Below are positions 1 to 13,600 of a DNA stretch of 64,000 bases, piece by piece; within the stretch, counting starts at the first letter, position 1; every line of letters begins with the position of its first letter. The translations under genes were made by a program, and so were the position numbers. The stretch is from NCBI RefSeq assembly GCF_964355755.1, contig NC_092679.1, forward strand, positions 3,564,201 to 3,628,200. Reading direction: 5' to 3'. Under the pieces are notes generated by a model. The model made no database searches and was not told where the DNA came from. It was given only the letters and a program-made list of their open reading frames with translations. This DNA is from Antedon mediterranea (taxonomy: Eukaryota; Animalia; Echinodermata).

Positions 1-80
1 TCTTTACCAAAACACTAGTAAAAGGCTACTTAGGATTTTAACAATTGTTAATGTATAAACAGTATCTGAGGTGGTTTTAC

Positions 81-294
81 CTTGTGATGCGCCTCTGTAA
101 AATATAAAAAAAAAACCTTTAAAATATGAATTTAAAAAAACTGTACTGTTGCATCATGGAAGAATTATTTAGATACTGTAATCCCTCCATGTGATACTGT
201 ACTAAGTTTATCCAAATACTGTAGAAGTATTGGTTAATGTTTCCCTGAACCTACTGTACCTACCTCTCATTGGTTGAAGAAAAGACCATAACAT
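81..294 (-). CDS. Probable first coding exons of a divergent gene running off the window edge (MLWSFLQPMREAHHK...)
   Basis: aaccATG at 294 with an in-frame upstream stop; exon 294-264 ends G|gtaggt; 14-nt exon 94-81 flanked by tttacag| and |gtaaaa; phases match. Too short to identify. Confidence 0.4.
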
Positions 295-609
295 GGTTTA
301 CTTTTTGAAAGTTCATAAATCATACAACCATACCACAGCACTATCATGATTCACTGGTTTGTGGTGAACATTTAAAATCTAGTATTATACAACATCCTGC
401 CTGCAGTTGGTTAGATGGCTCACCATGCAACTCAATTTGTGTTTGAAAAGGAGTAAATTTATGACAAACTATCATTTTTATTAGCGAAAAATCACACTTT
501 TATTTTGTTAGCTATTTTTTTTTTCCAATTTGTTAAATATATTTATAAATGTTAGTCATCATAATAAAAATTAGCTAAACTTGCTGGTTCTTGTTCCTAC
601 AAGTAAGAT

Positions 610-940
610 AATAATATAATAATGCTAATTATGCTATATACAACATTCTTTGTTCACGCTTGAGTAAATCTATTCATGAATATTCATAAGGTATGCTAAG
701 CCACCAATCATATCATTAGCGTATAGGGAATATGTATTTTTAATATTCATGACATCATAGTATACTCGTTCCTGCACAGACAAGTTTCCTTCATGCATCG
801 GTGCACACACACATTGCTATATATATAATTCAGTATTTAGCGATGCGATAGTCATTTTGTAGTTCAAAGCTAAGCACCATGTCTTTGAGACTTAGAAGCA
901 GGTTTGCTGGTAGAAATCTAAGGGATAGGACTTCATTGGT
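610..940. promoter_or_regulatory. Putative bidirectional promoter and PARP 5' UTR exon
   Basis: Lies between head-to-head starts. ATGCTAAT octamer-like site (~622), ATGAATATTCAT palindrome (~676-687), CCAAT box (~704), TGACATCA (~750); splice donor G|gtaagc at 938/939 upstream of the acceptor at 1609. Confidence 0.4.
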
Positions 941-1618
941 AAGCATTTTACATTGAATTTTGTGCTTAGTTTGTGACAGCAGCTCAGTACTACTGTATAA
1001 GCATAGAGATATTAATGGTATAAGTAGGTGCTAACATATTCAACAGTAAGATAACACAGTTCGTTGGGGGTTGGGTGTTTGTTTTGTTAAGCCTATATAT
1101 GTAGTAAACAATATATCTAGCATTCTTTAATACAAGAGATAAGTTATGGTTCACGGGTCATCTACACTGTATATATTTCATTTGTAAAGCATAAAATAGT
1201 GGTATTGCGAGTGTGTTGCTTTATAATATGATGTGTTAAAATGTATTTCACCATGAAGTACACATACCGGATACACGCTAGTACTGTACCATTGCAGTTT
1301 AGTGGTGGGTGTCAAAAAGTAATGGGTGGGTGAAAAAAAGCATATTTTCAGGTACACAGAAGTTGTTTGGTTGGTGCTGTGTTGATGTTTGACTGGGTAA
1401 AAGATGGGTATTCCCACCCAACTTCACCCAGCAGCACAATTACCTTATTGTTTTTTAAATACAGACGATGATTAACTGTGTTATGCAAAACCTAATGGCA
1501 ATGATTTATGATCATTTTATTGTTGGTCGCACTCTAAATATTGCTGCCTTAGTTGTTTGTTGATTAAACATAAATTATTGGTTATTTGATTAAACATTTA
1601 TTTTTACAGAAGTTAAAA

Positions 1619-4600
1619 ATGGCTGACGAAGACAGTCAACTTACGCCACCAAAAGTAAGCTTATCAATGACTTATGTTCAACCAATATGAATATTAATTG
1701 ACACTATCAAGGCTGCATACATTTTCTTTTATAGTTTATATTCTAAATTGAATACCACTGCATATAATCCCATGCTCGAGTATAATCCCATGCTCGAGTA
1801 TAATCCTTCTTTAGTAAATCCATTCTTAATGCAATCCGATTATAATCCCACCCCCTATGTTCACCAAATTTAGTACCCAAAGACTATTTTTGTTTATATA
1901 CAGTACTAATATTTAACAATTTGTTGATCTTAATTATATGAGATGAATTTTCCAAAACACATATACTTACTGTAAGTTACTACCTGTACATTACACCACC
2001 TTTAATTTTGTATTCTTTATTGTGTACAGAAACGTGGTGCTGGGAGTCCCGGTCGAAGCCCTGAGCGAAAACGTAAGCGAGTTCAAGCGGAATATTATCA
2101 ATCTGATGTAGTGGATGTTTTCTCCAGGACTTCAGCTGCTAGGACCCCAACTGCTACAAAACAAGTGTTCTTTGACAAGGGAGCCTTCCTTGCTGTCAGA
2201 GGCCCAGAAGGTATATTACTTTTAAAGCTCTATCTACACTGTTAAACTTTATGTGACAAAAAATGTGATGTGCCCATATATGGACATGATGATGTCATCT
2301 CACTATCATATTTGGGCATATCACAAACCATATTTGGGCACATCATAATTTTTTTGTCAAACTAGTTTGATAGTGTAGACAGAGCTTTAGGGATCTGTAA
2401 ATGTAAAATATACCAATAATACATAAATCAGATCTTTCTTTTCCAGTCTACTTTAAGAAATTGCAATACAATATATTTAACAAATGCTGTACTTTAGAAA
2501 CATAACAAGGAAGCTAAATTATAAAAAGCTTTTTAAAGAACATTGTATTTATTGCTTTTCTCACCACACCCCTGATTACATATCACAAGTATGTATATTG
2601 TTTCTTTTCAGAGCCACCATTTTATATTTGCCAGACCAACCAGAATGTATTTACGTCATCCAAAAGTGTAAAGATACGTTGGCTAGAGATAAAGAAGTCG
2701 CCCGACCTCTACATCTTGTCCTACAACGACACCGTTGACCTAGAGAGTGTGCTGACAGAGGTCAAACTTACGAAGAAGGATAAAAACTCGTTTATTATCG
2801 CGACCAAGGAGATTAAACGTGTGGAGAAGATTATTGACCTAGCAATCAAGAAGGAAAATGGAGAACTGAATGAAAAAGATGGTGAGTGAATTCATAAAGA
2901 AGCTTATATTCAAAATTTATTAACATTCACCTTAACAACATTTACAAAAAAGAACATAGATATAATAGTAACAGCAATAATAAAAGCATTCAATGAACAT
3001 GTATGTTGCATAAAGGTCGCTCAGTATCAGGTGGAGACCTGAATAGTCGAGCGCCTTTCAAACGCCGAACATACATACTTCATAACTGGCTTGATGATAT
3101 CGGGATCATTTGCACCCATAATAAATAAAAACTTATATTATATTGTTTGATGTGTATTGGTTAACATGTGTTCACCTCTGTTGTATGTTGGAAATTCAAT
3201 AGACTCATTGCAGCAATGCGACATTGAACATTGATTATATTATCTCATAGTTTTGCTATAATAGTACCCTTGGTGTACTGTAGGCTAGACACCTGAAGCT
3301 ATTAGCTTAATGAGTAGATTTTTGTACTATATTGCATAGTTTTGATTTTATCAAGTAATTCCGAAATGTTTTGAATTTTAGTTGTCTTGAATAAAGATTT
3401 GCTACCAGATGATGATGATGAAGAGGACGAGGATGAGGAAGAAGAAAAGAAGAAACCAGTTAAGAAAAGAAACGCACGAAAGGCACCAGCCAAAAAGAAG
3501 GCGGGAGCAAAGTCCAGGGCTGCATTGAAACCGAAACCAAAAGCCTCCGTTAGCCTTGTATCAGACAGATTGAAAAATAAGGCTAGACAGAGGCTATCAA
3601 CATTAAAACGTATGCTATTGTTTTTATTTATTCTTTAAGCTGCATTGTACTGTCTACCAGTGGTGGTTGAATATTTATTTAATTACAAATTAAAATAAGA
3701 ACAAATATATAAATTATTTAAACTATTTTCACAAATTTCCTCATCCGATAATATTTTAGAAAACAAAACGAAATCAAAAGCCAAACTGACCAAGTCAAAG
3801 GCAAAGAAACCATTGAAAAAGAAAGTGAAGAAAGTTGTGAAGAAAGTGAAAGAAAAGAAGAAGAAAGAACCAAAAACTAAAAAGCATCCTAACCAGTTAC
3901 TTACACCAAACACAAAAATAGAGGTGGTTATGAAAGATCCTTGCTTTGAAATTAAGTAAGTTGTTTTAAAATTCAAATAAGCCTAATTATCTTGTTAAGT
4001 GGTAATTAATCCCTCTCTTAAAGATGTATTGTCTCCAAAAACTTAAAAAATTAAGATTAATGAAATCAGACTTTGAATGGATTATTTTGTAGTTTTATTA
4101 AAGTTAATCACTTTCATAGAAAAAAAAGACCTTCAAAAATAGTGTTTTCACTTAGAAAACGACAAAATAAATGGTTAATTTCAACCAAAAGCCATTGTCT
4201 GGCAGACAAGAATTTTTGTGCTTTAAATTATTACTATAATTAATTTAAAATAATTATTATTATAAACTATTACGTAACATTAAAATGGCATATACATTTT
4301 TACATGGCATTAAAATATTTTTTAGGGTGACAATATATCTTTAAACCTTTTTTTTTTAATAATTTGAAATTTAAAAAAAAAATGTTAATCTTTATCAAGG
4401 GCTGAGAATGAAATGCCTGAAGTTTCTCACGTGGTCTATGCAAAACGAGCGATTCGAGCAGTTCTCACCAACGACATGGCTCTGCTGCGTCGACTGATTG
4501 ACGAAACCAAAAAGGTGTCGACGCTTTTTTTGGCAAGAAGCGTAAATGTTGAGGATGATGCTATGTCTTACGCAATCATGAATAACAACCATGCAGCAAT

Positions 4601-7600
4601 TAAGCTCCTAGGCAAGGAGATCGTAGCAGTTGATAAGGACAGTGCAAGGAGGTGTGACGTTCCAGACAGTATCTTGGAGAGCCAGGGCACTGGAAGGTAA
4701 GCCTGCAATTTGATTGGTTAATTACGCATCACATGTTATTTAAAATTAGCCATACCTAACGAAAAAGTGATATCTAATGGTGATAATTAACATGATCTAA
4801 TGCATGTTCAGCTTTTTGTGAACAATTTAAGAATTTCTGCCACCTGACGTTGGATTATCGCGTTAAAAAATCAACTTCTTGTGCACGCCATCTACATCTG
4901 TTCTAATCCGCGTTCAAAGTTGGAAATATTCTTACAATTCAACTCATAAACATTTATTATTTTTATACTGTTTTATGGCTATCACCAGGAACTATGATAA
5001 ACACATTAAAAATGTCGCTCTAAAACGAAAAATCAGTTTTACGGGTAATTTTTAGACGATAGTTGTATTTTTTATATTTTTAAAATTTTACTGTGACAAT
5101 TTTCGAAATAATATTTATTTTTATAAAAAAAACTTAATACTTTTTTATGATGTAGGTATGACTTTAATACATTTGGACATGCTACAAGATCAATCTCAAT
5201 GAGCAGAGGAAGTAAAGAAGGAAATAATGCCTTCACAAAGGTTAGTTAATACCATATCCAAACTTTGCCTTCTCTATTTTGTTAGGGCTAATTCTTCTCC
5301 CTATGTCCCTCTGTATTTGTCAGATGTAATTTTAAAACATAATTTGATTTAATGTGCACGTTTTTAGATGCGAGTAGTTTAAAAAACCTATTTCTTTTCA
5401 AATTCACTTGTTTGATTTTTGCGTTTTTTTGCGCTATTCTATTGTTAGTCAACTGAAGCTATTGTTAGTTGAAAGGCTGGTTACATAACCATTACACCAC
5501 ATACTCGCATATACATGGTTGTAGTGAAATTAGCCTCAATCACAAACAGCATTAAGACACACACAAATATATATATATATATATTATTTTTTTTTTTACC
5601 GGAGAAACCTTATGTAGGAAAATTTTACAGTAGGCGGAGGTATGCACTCTCGGAGTGGCTTTCTAGTTTGTCAATATCTTTAAGAGGTTTTTTTCTATTT
5701 ATATAGACAAGAAAAATACATTGGCAGCCAAAATCTGAACTGCTGCATGTTTTTTTACAATAAACATACAATAAAATTACAACATTCAAATATAAAAATC
5801 CGTTTTCTTTTACCATTCATCATTAGCGATCATAACATTAATGCTTTCACAAAGGTTAGTTAATACCATATCCAAACTTTGCCTTCTCTATTTTGTTAGG
5901 GCTAAATCTTTGCCTTATCCGTCTGTATTTGTCAGACTCTCTTGCCCTATCTCATTTGTCAATATATTTTAGGATATTTTTTCTGTGTGTGTTTGTCCAT
6001 GTTATTGCACAGTATACAGTAATTTGTATCTTGGTATCTTTATTTCATAGTTCATTTTGTTTGAACTATGAACTATGAAATAAAGATACCATAATACAAA
6101 TAAGTGTATAGACAAGAAAAAATCAGTTTTCTTTTAACATTCATAAATTAGAAATCCTAATCTTGTCATCTCTGTATTTCCTAAACTATCCTCTTTTAGT
6201 ATGCATCCATGTTGTGGATCCAAGCCTTCAAAGGTTTTTAAAATGGAGTTTTAATATCAGAAAAAGTAATCAATGTTTTTATTGCAGGAAAAACATCAAG
6301 TACAAGAATCCTTTGTATTGGGTAGAAAATACACTGAACTAGCCCTGAAATGTGGGGCTAGCAAAGCCACAGTGGACATCTTATGTGCTGTTTTCCCTGA
6401 CTGCCAGGTTAGTAGTACACAAGATTCTAGTAATTTTTGAGTCTTTTGTAAAAGTATATGATGCAACACTAGGATTCAAACAGTTGTTTAAATTTGTTTA
6501 TATTTCATATGCATCCAACAGCGAGTAACTCGCCAATTGTACAGGATGGATAAACTATTTAATAATTTATCGTGCTAATAAAGTCTCATTTGAGGCTTAG
6601 GGAGTGGAGTTGAAAGATTTGTGAGTGACACTAGGTCCGGATTGAACCCCGGACCTTAAGATTGGAAGACAAACACATTAACCACCAAGCTACAGCTCCA
6701 CTACTTTTTGTTGTAAAGAAGCAGTTAAATGTGATTTATGCTGTATTCACAAATAATTTCAACAGTATTTTACTGTTTATTCTCTTTAGTCCGACTTCAA
6801 CATGTACATAACAAAAGGTGTTCGTGAAGGGAATCGTAAAGTACCAGCTTACTTCATTCAGCAATCTGTAAAAGCTGGCGGCTGTGGATTTAACTTTCTA
6901 CACCATGAGGTAACTCAGGGATTTTGTTGATAATGATTAAAAGTCAGTTTGTCAAAGTAGATAATTATTTGGTGACATTAAAATGGCATATCCAACAGAA
7001 AAATGTGTAAGAATTATATTTTCAGGGGGACAATACATCTTTAATATTAACATATATAAGTTTTAAAACATGCCAGCAATCTCTTAGAAATAGATGGTCA
7101 GTGATTTTTAAAAAAACTGTGCAACAGTCAATTCACAATTTGGTTTCATTTATTTCGGCTATTTTTACATAGTATATTGATAAGACCAGAATATAAATAC
7201 TTATTTCTTTTCAGGTTTTGACTGCCTCTCATCCAGATGAACTAACTAAGTTTAAAGCCGTGTCCGTAAAGAAAAAGCCCTACGACAATGACTGTGTAAG
7301 ATATTAATTTACAAATATTTTAGACTACTACCCACTAACTCCAGAGATGGACTAATTTCTATTCATGTATTATACATATTTTGTATTGTAGAGGCCCTGA
7401 TGAGACAAGCTTTGCTTCTAGTGCGGGCCCAAGTTATTATTGTTATAACTGAATAAATGTGTATGAATGAATGAATGTATTTTTGTCTAGTTAATAGTTC
7501 CCTTTCAATGATTTTAGCACATGAAGTAAAAGTGTTAATTGATTAATTACTTTAATTGAATAAAAGCCTAAAGCCCATTAATGCACATTAGCTGAAGCGG

Positions 7601-10600
7601 TAGGGGATTGTTTCCCTGTTTACTGATTATAGTAAGTGTTTATGTGGAGCACAAATCTCTGTCTACACTATCAAACTAGTTTGACCAAAAAAAAAACGGT
7701 GATGTGCCCAAATATGGTAGTGATATTCCCAAATATGGTAGTGATATGACATCATCATGTCCATATATGGGCACATAACTTTTTTTTTTGTTACATGAAG
7801 TTTGATAGTGTAGACAAGCCTTAATTAAATTTTTCATTAACATTTATTTTCTAGGCTACTCCGCTACACTTTGCTGCTGTTAATCCAAACCCCAAAATCC
7901 TAGCAAAACTGCTGGATAGCTTACCCGAGTACAGCCTGCCAGACAAAACAAATAGGAAGCCTATTCATTATGCAGCAGCCTGTGAGGGCTCTGGTCCACT
8001 TGAGCTCCTACTCAACAAGTAAGTATGCCATTTTGGTTTTATATATTTAGGCAAATTGCCAAGGATAATCATAAGCGAATTCATTCACTCTCATTCTTAA
8101 ATGTGGCAATCCCATTAACAAGACAAACATATACACAAGATGCTCTACATTAACAAAGTCTTATTACAAGTGTTTGGGAGTGGAGTTGTAATTTTTCTTT
8201 ATGATATGACAGGACTTGAACCAGGAACCTTGGGTTGGTAGCCAAGTATCATGACCACCAATCCACTCCATGTCCTAGCCATGTGTTGTCGTACATGTGT
8301 TTTCTTGGAGCTTGTGTTTTTTATGACATAAATTTATATCTGTTAATTTTCACTAGATCAGCTAACCCGGAAGAAACTGACAATCAAGGCACAACACCTT
8401 TGATGATTGCAGCACAGACAGGCCGCACGCAAAATATTGAAATTTTAATGCGCAAAATTAAAGCAAGTATGTCAATAAACTTTTTCTATTTCAAATATTT
8501 TCCAATATAATACAAATGACTAAAGTTCTGTCTACACTATCAAACTAGTTGTGTGATGTGCCCAAATTTGGTTGTGATATACCCAAATATAGTAGTGATA
8601 TGACATCATCATGTCCATATATGGGCACATCACAGTTTTTGGTCACATGAAGTTTGATAGTGTAGACAAGGCTATATAAATAATAACTGATTAACTATTA
8701 TACAAATAATGAATGTTTATGAGTGCAATGGTACAAATAATGGCACGAGGTGAATGATGAAAGGTTATATCAACGAGGCAAAGCCGAGTTGATATAACCT
8801 TTCATCATTCACCAAGTGCCATTATTTGTACCATTACACGAATACAAAACATTCATTATTTGTTTTATATAACATATAGACGTTTTTTTTTCGTACACAA
8901 AAATGTTTCAAAAAGTACTATTTAACGATCGTTGAATAGTGCGTACTATTGCACGCCATGTGACCCACATTCGTCCAATCAAATGACAGGAATTTATATA
9001 GGTGTTATATAATATTATCTATTGTATATGTGTATGATTTTAGTTATAAACGTTATATTTTACAGACAATCCTGGTGAGAAATCTGGCCTACACAGGAGA
9101 GGTCCAGCAGGCAAGACACCTTTACACTTTGCAGCACAGAATGGCCATACTGTGAGTTCAATTAAAATTTAATATATTATTGTTCATATAATCCCATGTT
9201 TGAGTACAATATCATCCCCTAATTTAGGCTAAATTTGGACACTTTGGTAAATACCCTTGATTCCAGCTCTGGGCCATTGATTTTAAATACAATCAATCCG
9301 ATTATAATCCCACCCCAAAATTTTTTGCAAAATGATATAGCCCAAGCCCATTTGGAATGTTACTCCATACCAAGTTCCTAATTGTATATTTCATATTTTT
9401 GATAGGATGCTGTAAAAGCATTAATCAAGCATGGTGCGGACATTGAGGCTATTCTTAATGCAGGAAACAACAAAGAAACAGTGTTAATGCAGGCTTGTAA
9501 ATTTGGCCACTTTGGCACAGTGAAAGCACTGGTAGAGTTAAATGCCATCATTGAGAAGAAAGGTAAAAATTATTTAATTTTTTATTATTATCTAAAATAT
9601 AAATCATTCAATTTTAGTATTATTATTCAAAATATTGATATCCAATAACATTCAGAAATATTAAGATACTGTTATTCAATTTATTTACAAAACCATTTTT
9701 TGGATCCCTAAAATTGAAGAAGAAGCACCATTTTAGTACTTCGACCAACCTCACTTTTTTCAAATTATTCAAATTGCCTTCAGAAATGGAGATTAGAATC
9801 ACATTGAAAAAAAAGATACAAAATAATATGGAAACAATACAATACAATTCAATTCAATTTCTTTATTGCTGCAAATGCCATCAAGGGCTAATATCCACTT
9901 AAACATGAGTGAGTGAGTGGCCGAGCGGTTAAGACAGTGGAACCGCAATTACGTAGCCATAACATCGGCATGGGTTCGAGGCTTACTCACTCCATGGTTC
10001 TGGTGGTAGAACGAGTCTTCTCGGATAAGGACTATAAACCTAGCTCGTGTGCACTTTAAAGAACCTAGTACATCTTTCGAGACGAGTAGGGGGTTACCCC
10101 GGTGTATTAGTACATCACAGCCACTGATCACCAACTGGGCCCTCTGGGAGACCAGTCTTTGACTGAAGAGGTTACCCAGTATAAATATATATTTCAATTC
10201 AATTCAATTCAACATACTACATCATACAAACATAATTATACATATTTACATTTAAAATTTAAACACATAAAAATTCTTAGAAAGTCCTCAGTAAATGTTT
10301 AAAATAGTTACTATGAATGTTATTTTTAAGTGTAAGGTCTCTTTTTTTAGTACAGTTGTAACAGTGTTACAGATACCATGGGAATACAACTAGCTTTCAA
10401 TACTTTAGTTTCTTGTTCACACCTTTATAATATTAAAGTAAAGGGGTCTCTGTAATTTTTTTAGATAAACTGCAGAAAACAGCACTTATGCATGCTGTTA
10501 TAAACGGTCATTACAAGATTGTGTGTTTCTTGTTGAGGAAGGGAGCTTCACCAAACTCAAAGGATTCATCAGGCAACACTCTAGTACATTACGCTGCGGC

Positions 10601-13600
10601 CTATGGTTGGTGGTATTGTTTACGTGTTCTATTAAAAGCTGGTGGAAGCGCCAACACACCAAATGATTGGAAGGTTAGTTAGTTTTTTATTTACATTTGT
10701 GTATATTGTTTGTTGTTATTTATTTATACTGGGCGACCTTTTCAGTCTGATCTCCCAGAGGGTCCAGTAATAGATCAGTGGCTGTGATGTACTAGTACAC
10801 CGAGGTAACCCCTACTTGTCTCAAAAGATGTACTAGGTTCTTTAAAGTGCACATTAGCTAGATGTGTACGCTTGACCTATGGTTTATAGTCCTTGTCCAA
10901 GAATACTCAGTCTACCACCAGAACCATTGAGCGAGTGAGCCTCAAACCCTTGCCGATGTTATGGCTATGTAATTTATAGTGCCACTTTCTTAACCGCTCA
11001 GCCAATCACTCACCTAAATAGCTTCATAGGCATTATATATTAATTATGTATAGAGATTGTCCTAATAACAAGAAATTACTTAATCTTTTAATAATTCTAT
11101 TACAGATACCTCCACTTGGTATAGCAATTATGACTGGCAACCGAGGCTGTGCCGATCTTCTCCTTGAACAAGATGAGGTAGACATCAACTTCAAAGACGA
11201 TAACGGATATACGCTGGTCACATACTTGGTCACGGCGCCACTCAGCAGTAACGTAATGGAAGATTTGAAGCACCTTGTTGAAGACTTGAAGGCTAGAGTT
11301 GATCAGACTGATGTCAAAGGTTGGACAGCTGTGAGTAGAATTGAACTTGACTTCTATACTCCCTACAGTGTTATCCTTAGATAATAGTGAAAAGCTTACT
11401 AGCATATTTACTGTTACATAGACACCAAGATCATGTATCGACCTTATTTAGATCTGATTATATGCACATTTTATATAAAATTGGCAGTCATTTTGAAAAA
11501 TGTCCACTATTTCAATACATACAAGGCAAAGAATTAAGTGTCAATAGAGTGATCAGAAGGGATTAATTAGGATATCTGGCTATGTTGACAGCTTCTAACA
11601 TTTTACTCCCCTTACTCAATTTCTTCCCTAGACTAGGAGGCACTTTTAAATTCACGGCAACACTTTGTGATATATATTTTTAACCGTGCTCCTCTTCTCA
11701 GTCAATATTTGTGTATACTACTACTAAAAAAACATACAAGACTTCATATGTAACTAAATACAATTTTTTAAAGCATGGGGTAACGCATTTCTTATTAAAA
11801 TGCCTATTATCATTGTCACCATTTGTTGACATATATTTCTCTATATTTCACTGCAGCTTCATCACCTTACAGAACATGATGTTGTATCTCCTCCTCATGT
11901 AAGTCTACTTTTATTTTACCATTTAAATATTATGTGTATGAATTTATTGTGTATTCTGATACATAATTGAACTTTGACCTTACATTCCAACATGCATTAT
12001 GGAAGACCCATTATACCTATATTAGGAGATGATTCTAAACTTATTTGATTTTGTTAGATATGGTGAAAAAACTGAGTTACTCATCTAAACAAAATTCAGA
12101 TTGTTTTTTTGTTTTGTTTTATATTGATATTGGGTGACCTCTTCAGTCAAAGACTGGTCTCCCAGAGGGCCCAGTTGGTGATCAGTGGCTGTGATGTACT
12201 AATACACGGGGGGTAACCCCCTACTCGTCTCTAAAGATGTACTAGGTTCTTTAAAGTGCACACGAGCTAGTTGTGTACACTGGACCTACGGTTTATAGTC
12301 CTTATCCGAGAAGACTCGTTCTACCACCAGAACCATGGAGTGATCCTCGAACCCCTGCCGATGTTATGGCTACGTAATTACGGTTCCACTGTCTTAACCG
12401 CTCGGCCACTCAACTCACATTTACTCACGTTTACATTTTCTGTTACTAATCTTCGTTCTTTACCATCTCTTGTGTTAAAGGGTCATCTCTATAGAACCCC
12501 TGTGCAGACCAGACAAGCAATCAGTTTGAAACTGGCAGAAATGCTGTTGAAATATGGATGCCCTCTATCGGCGAAAACAGACGATGGCAAAACAGCGGTT
12601 AATCTAGCGATAGAGCAGGAAAAGTGTAACATAGAGTTGATCCAGCTCCTGGTCAAGAAAGGATGCACTATCTCGCTAAGCACTAACAAAGAAAAAGAAA
12701 CAATTCTTCATACGATGGTAGATAAATGTAAACAAAATGACGTATCAAGTTTGATTCAGATTCTAGGCGATCGGGTAAGAAACAACTAATAATGAACGTG
12801 CATATATATATATGCATACACAGCAGTACAGTTGTTTATGATGCTCCAGTCCCCGGGATATTAGATTGGTTACCCTTAAGCTCTGTCTACTCTATCAAAC
12901 TAGTTTGAGATGTGCCCAAATATGGTAGTGATATGACGTCATCTTGGCCTGGGCACATCACATTTTTTGTCACATAGAGTTTGATAGTGTAGACAGAGCT
13001 TTAGAATAAAGATGTATTTTAAGAGCTTCCTTGAAGGATATAAGAAGACTTGAACTTTAACCTTATATCCCAACATGCATTATTCCAGACCTATCATGTA
13101 ATATATTTTTTTCCAGTTGCAAACAAATTCTGAAGATGCAACAGACGGTGACGGCAGCGAGGACAAAGTAGATGGCGTTGGTGGTGGTATGAGTATACAG
13201 TCCATTGCCAAGCAAGTAGACAAAAACGGACTTACCCCTCTCACCAAATGCGTGTATGATTATTACCAGTTCCGAAATTCACGAATGGAGGTATATATTA
13301 AATTATTTTCAGTATATCACTGGACAGTTTAAAATTTGTTCTTTGTCTTATGGTGTATATATTTATATCTCCTTTCCATTCCGACTTTTAACTCTAAAAC
13401 GTATGGCCTAAGCACCTTTACTTCTGCTGCCTCTCGCTTATGGAATGAACTACCCACCTCTATTAGATCATGTTCTTTTACTATCGCCTTTAAATCTGCC
13501 TTGAAAACTCATCTTTTTCTTTCATATTGAGCTCTCTCATACACCGCGCCTTTGATCACTTACTGCTGGAATTGGCGCATTAAAAATTTGTATTATTATT

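Noticed and set aside
7393-7480. Third hammerhead candidate (CTGATGAG at ~7397)
   Set aside because: No GAAA after the stem; the ggccc hairpin, AATAAA and (TGAA)n tail fit a LINE/SINE 3' end.
9907-9990. tRNA-Ser/Leu gene
   Set aside because: Head of a SINE present three times with a shared body and tail.
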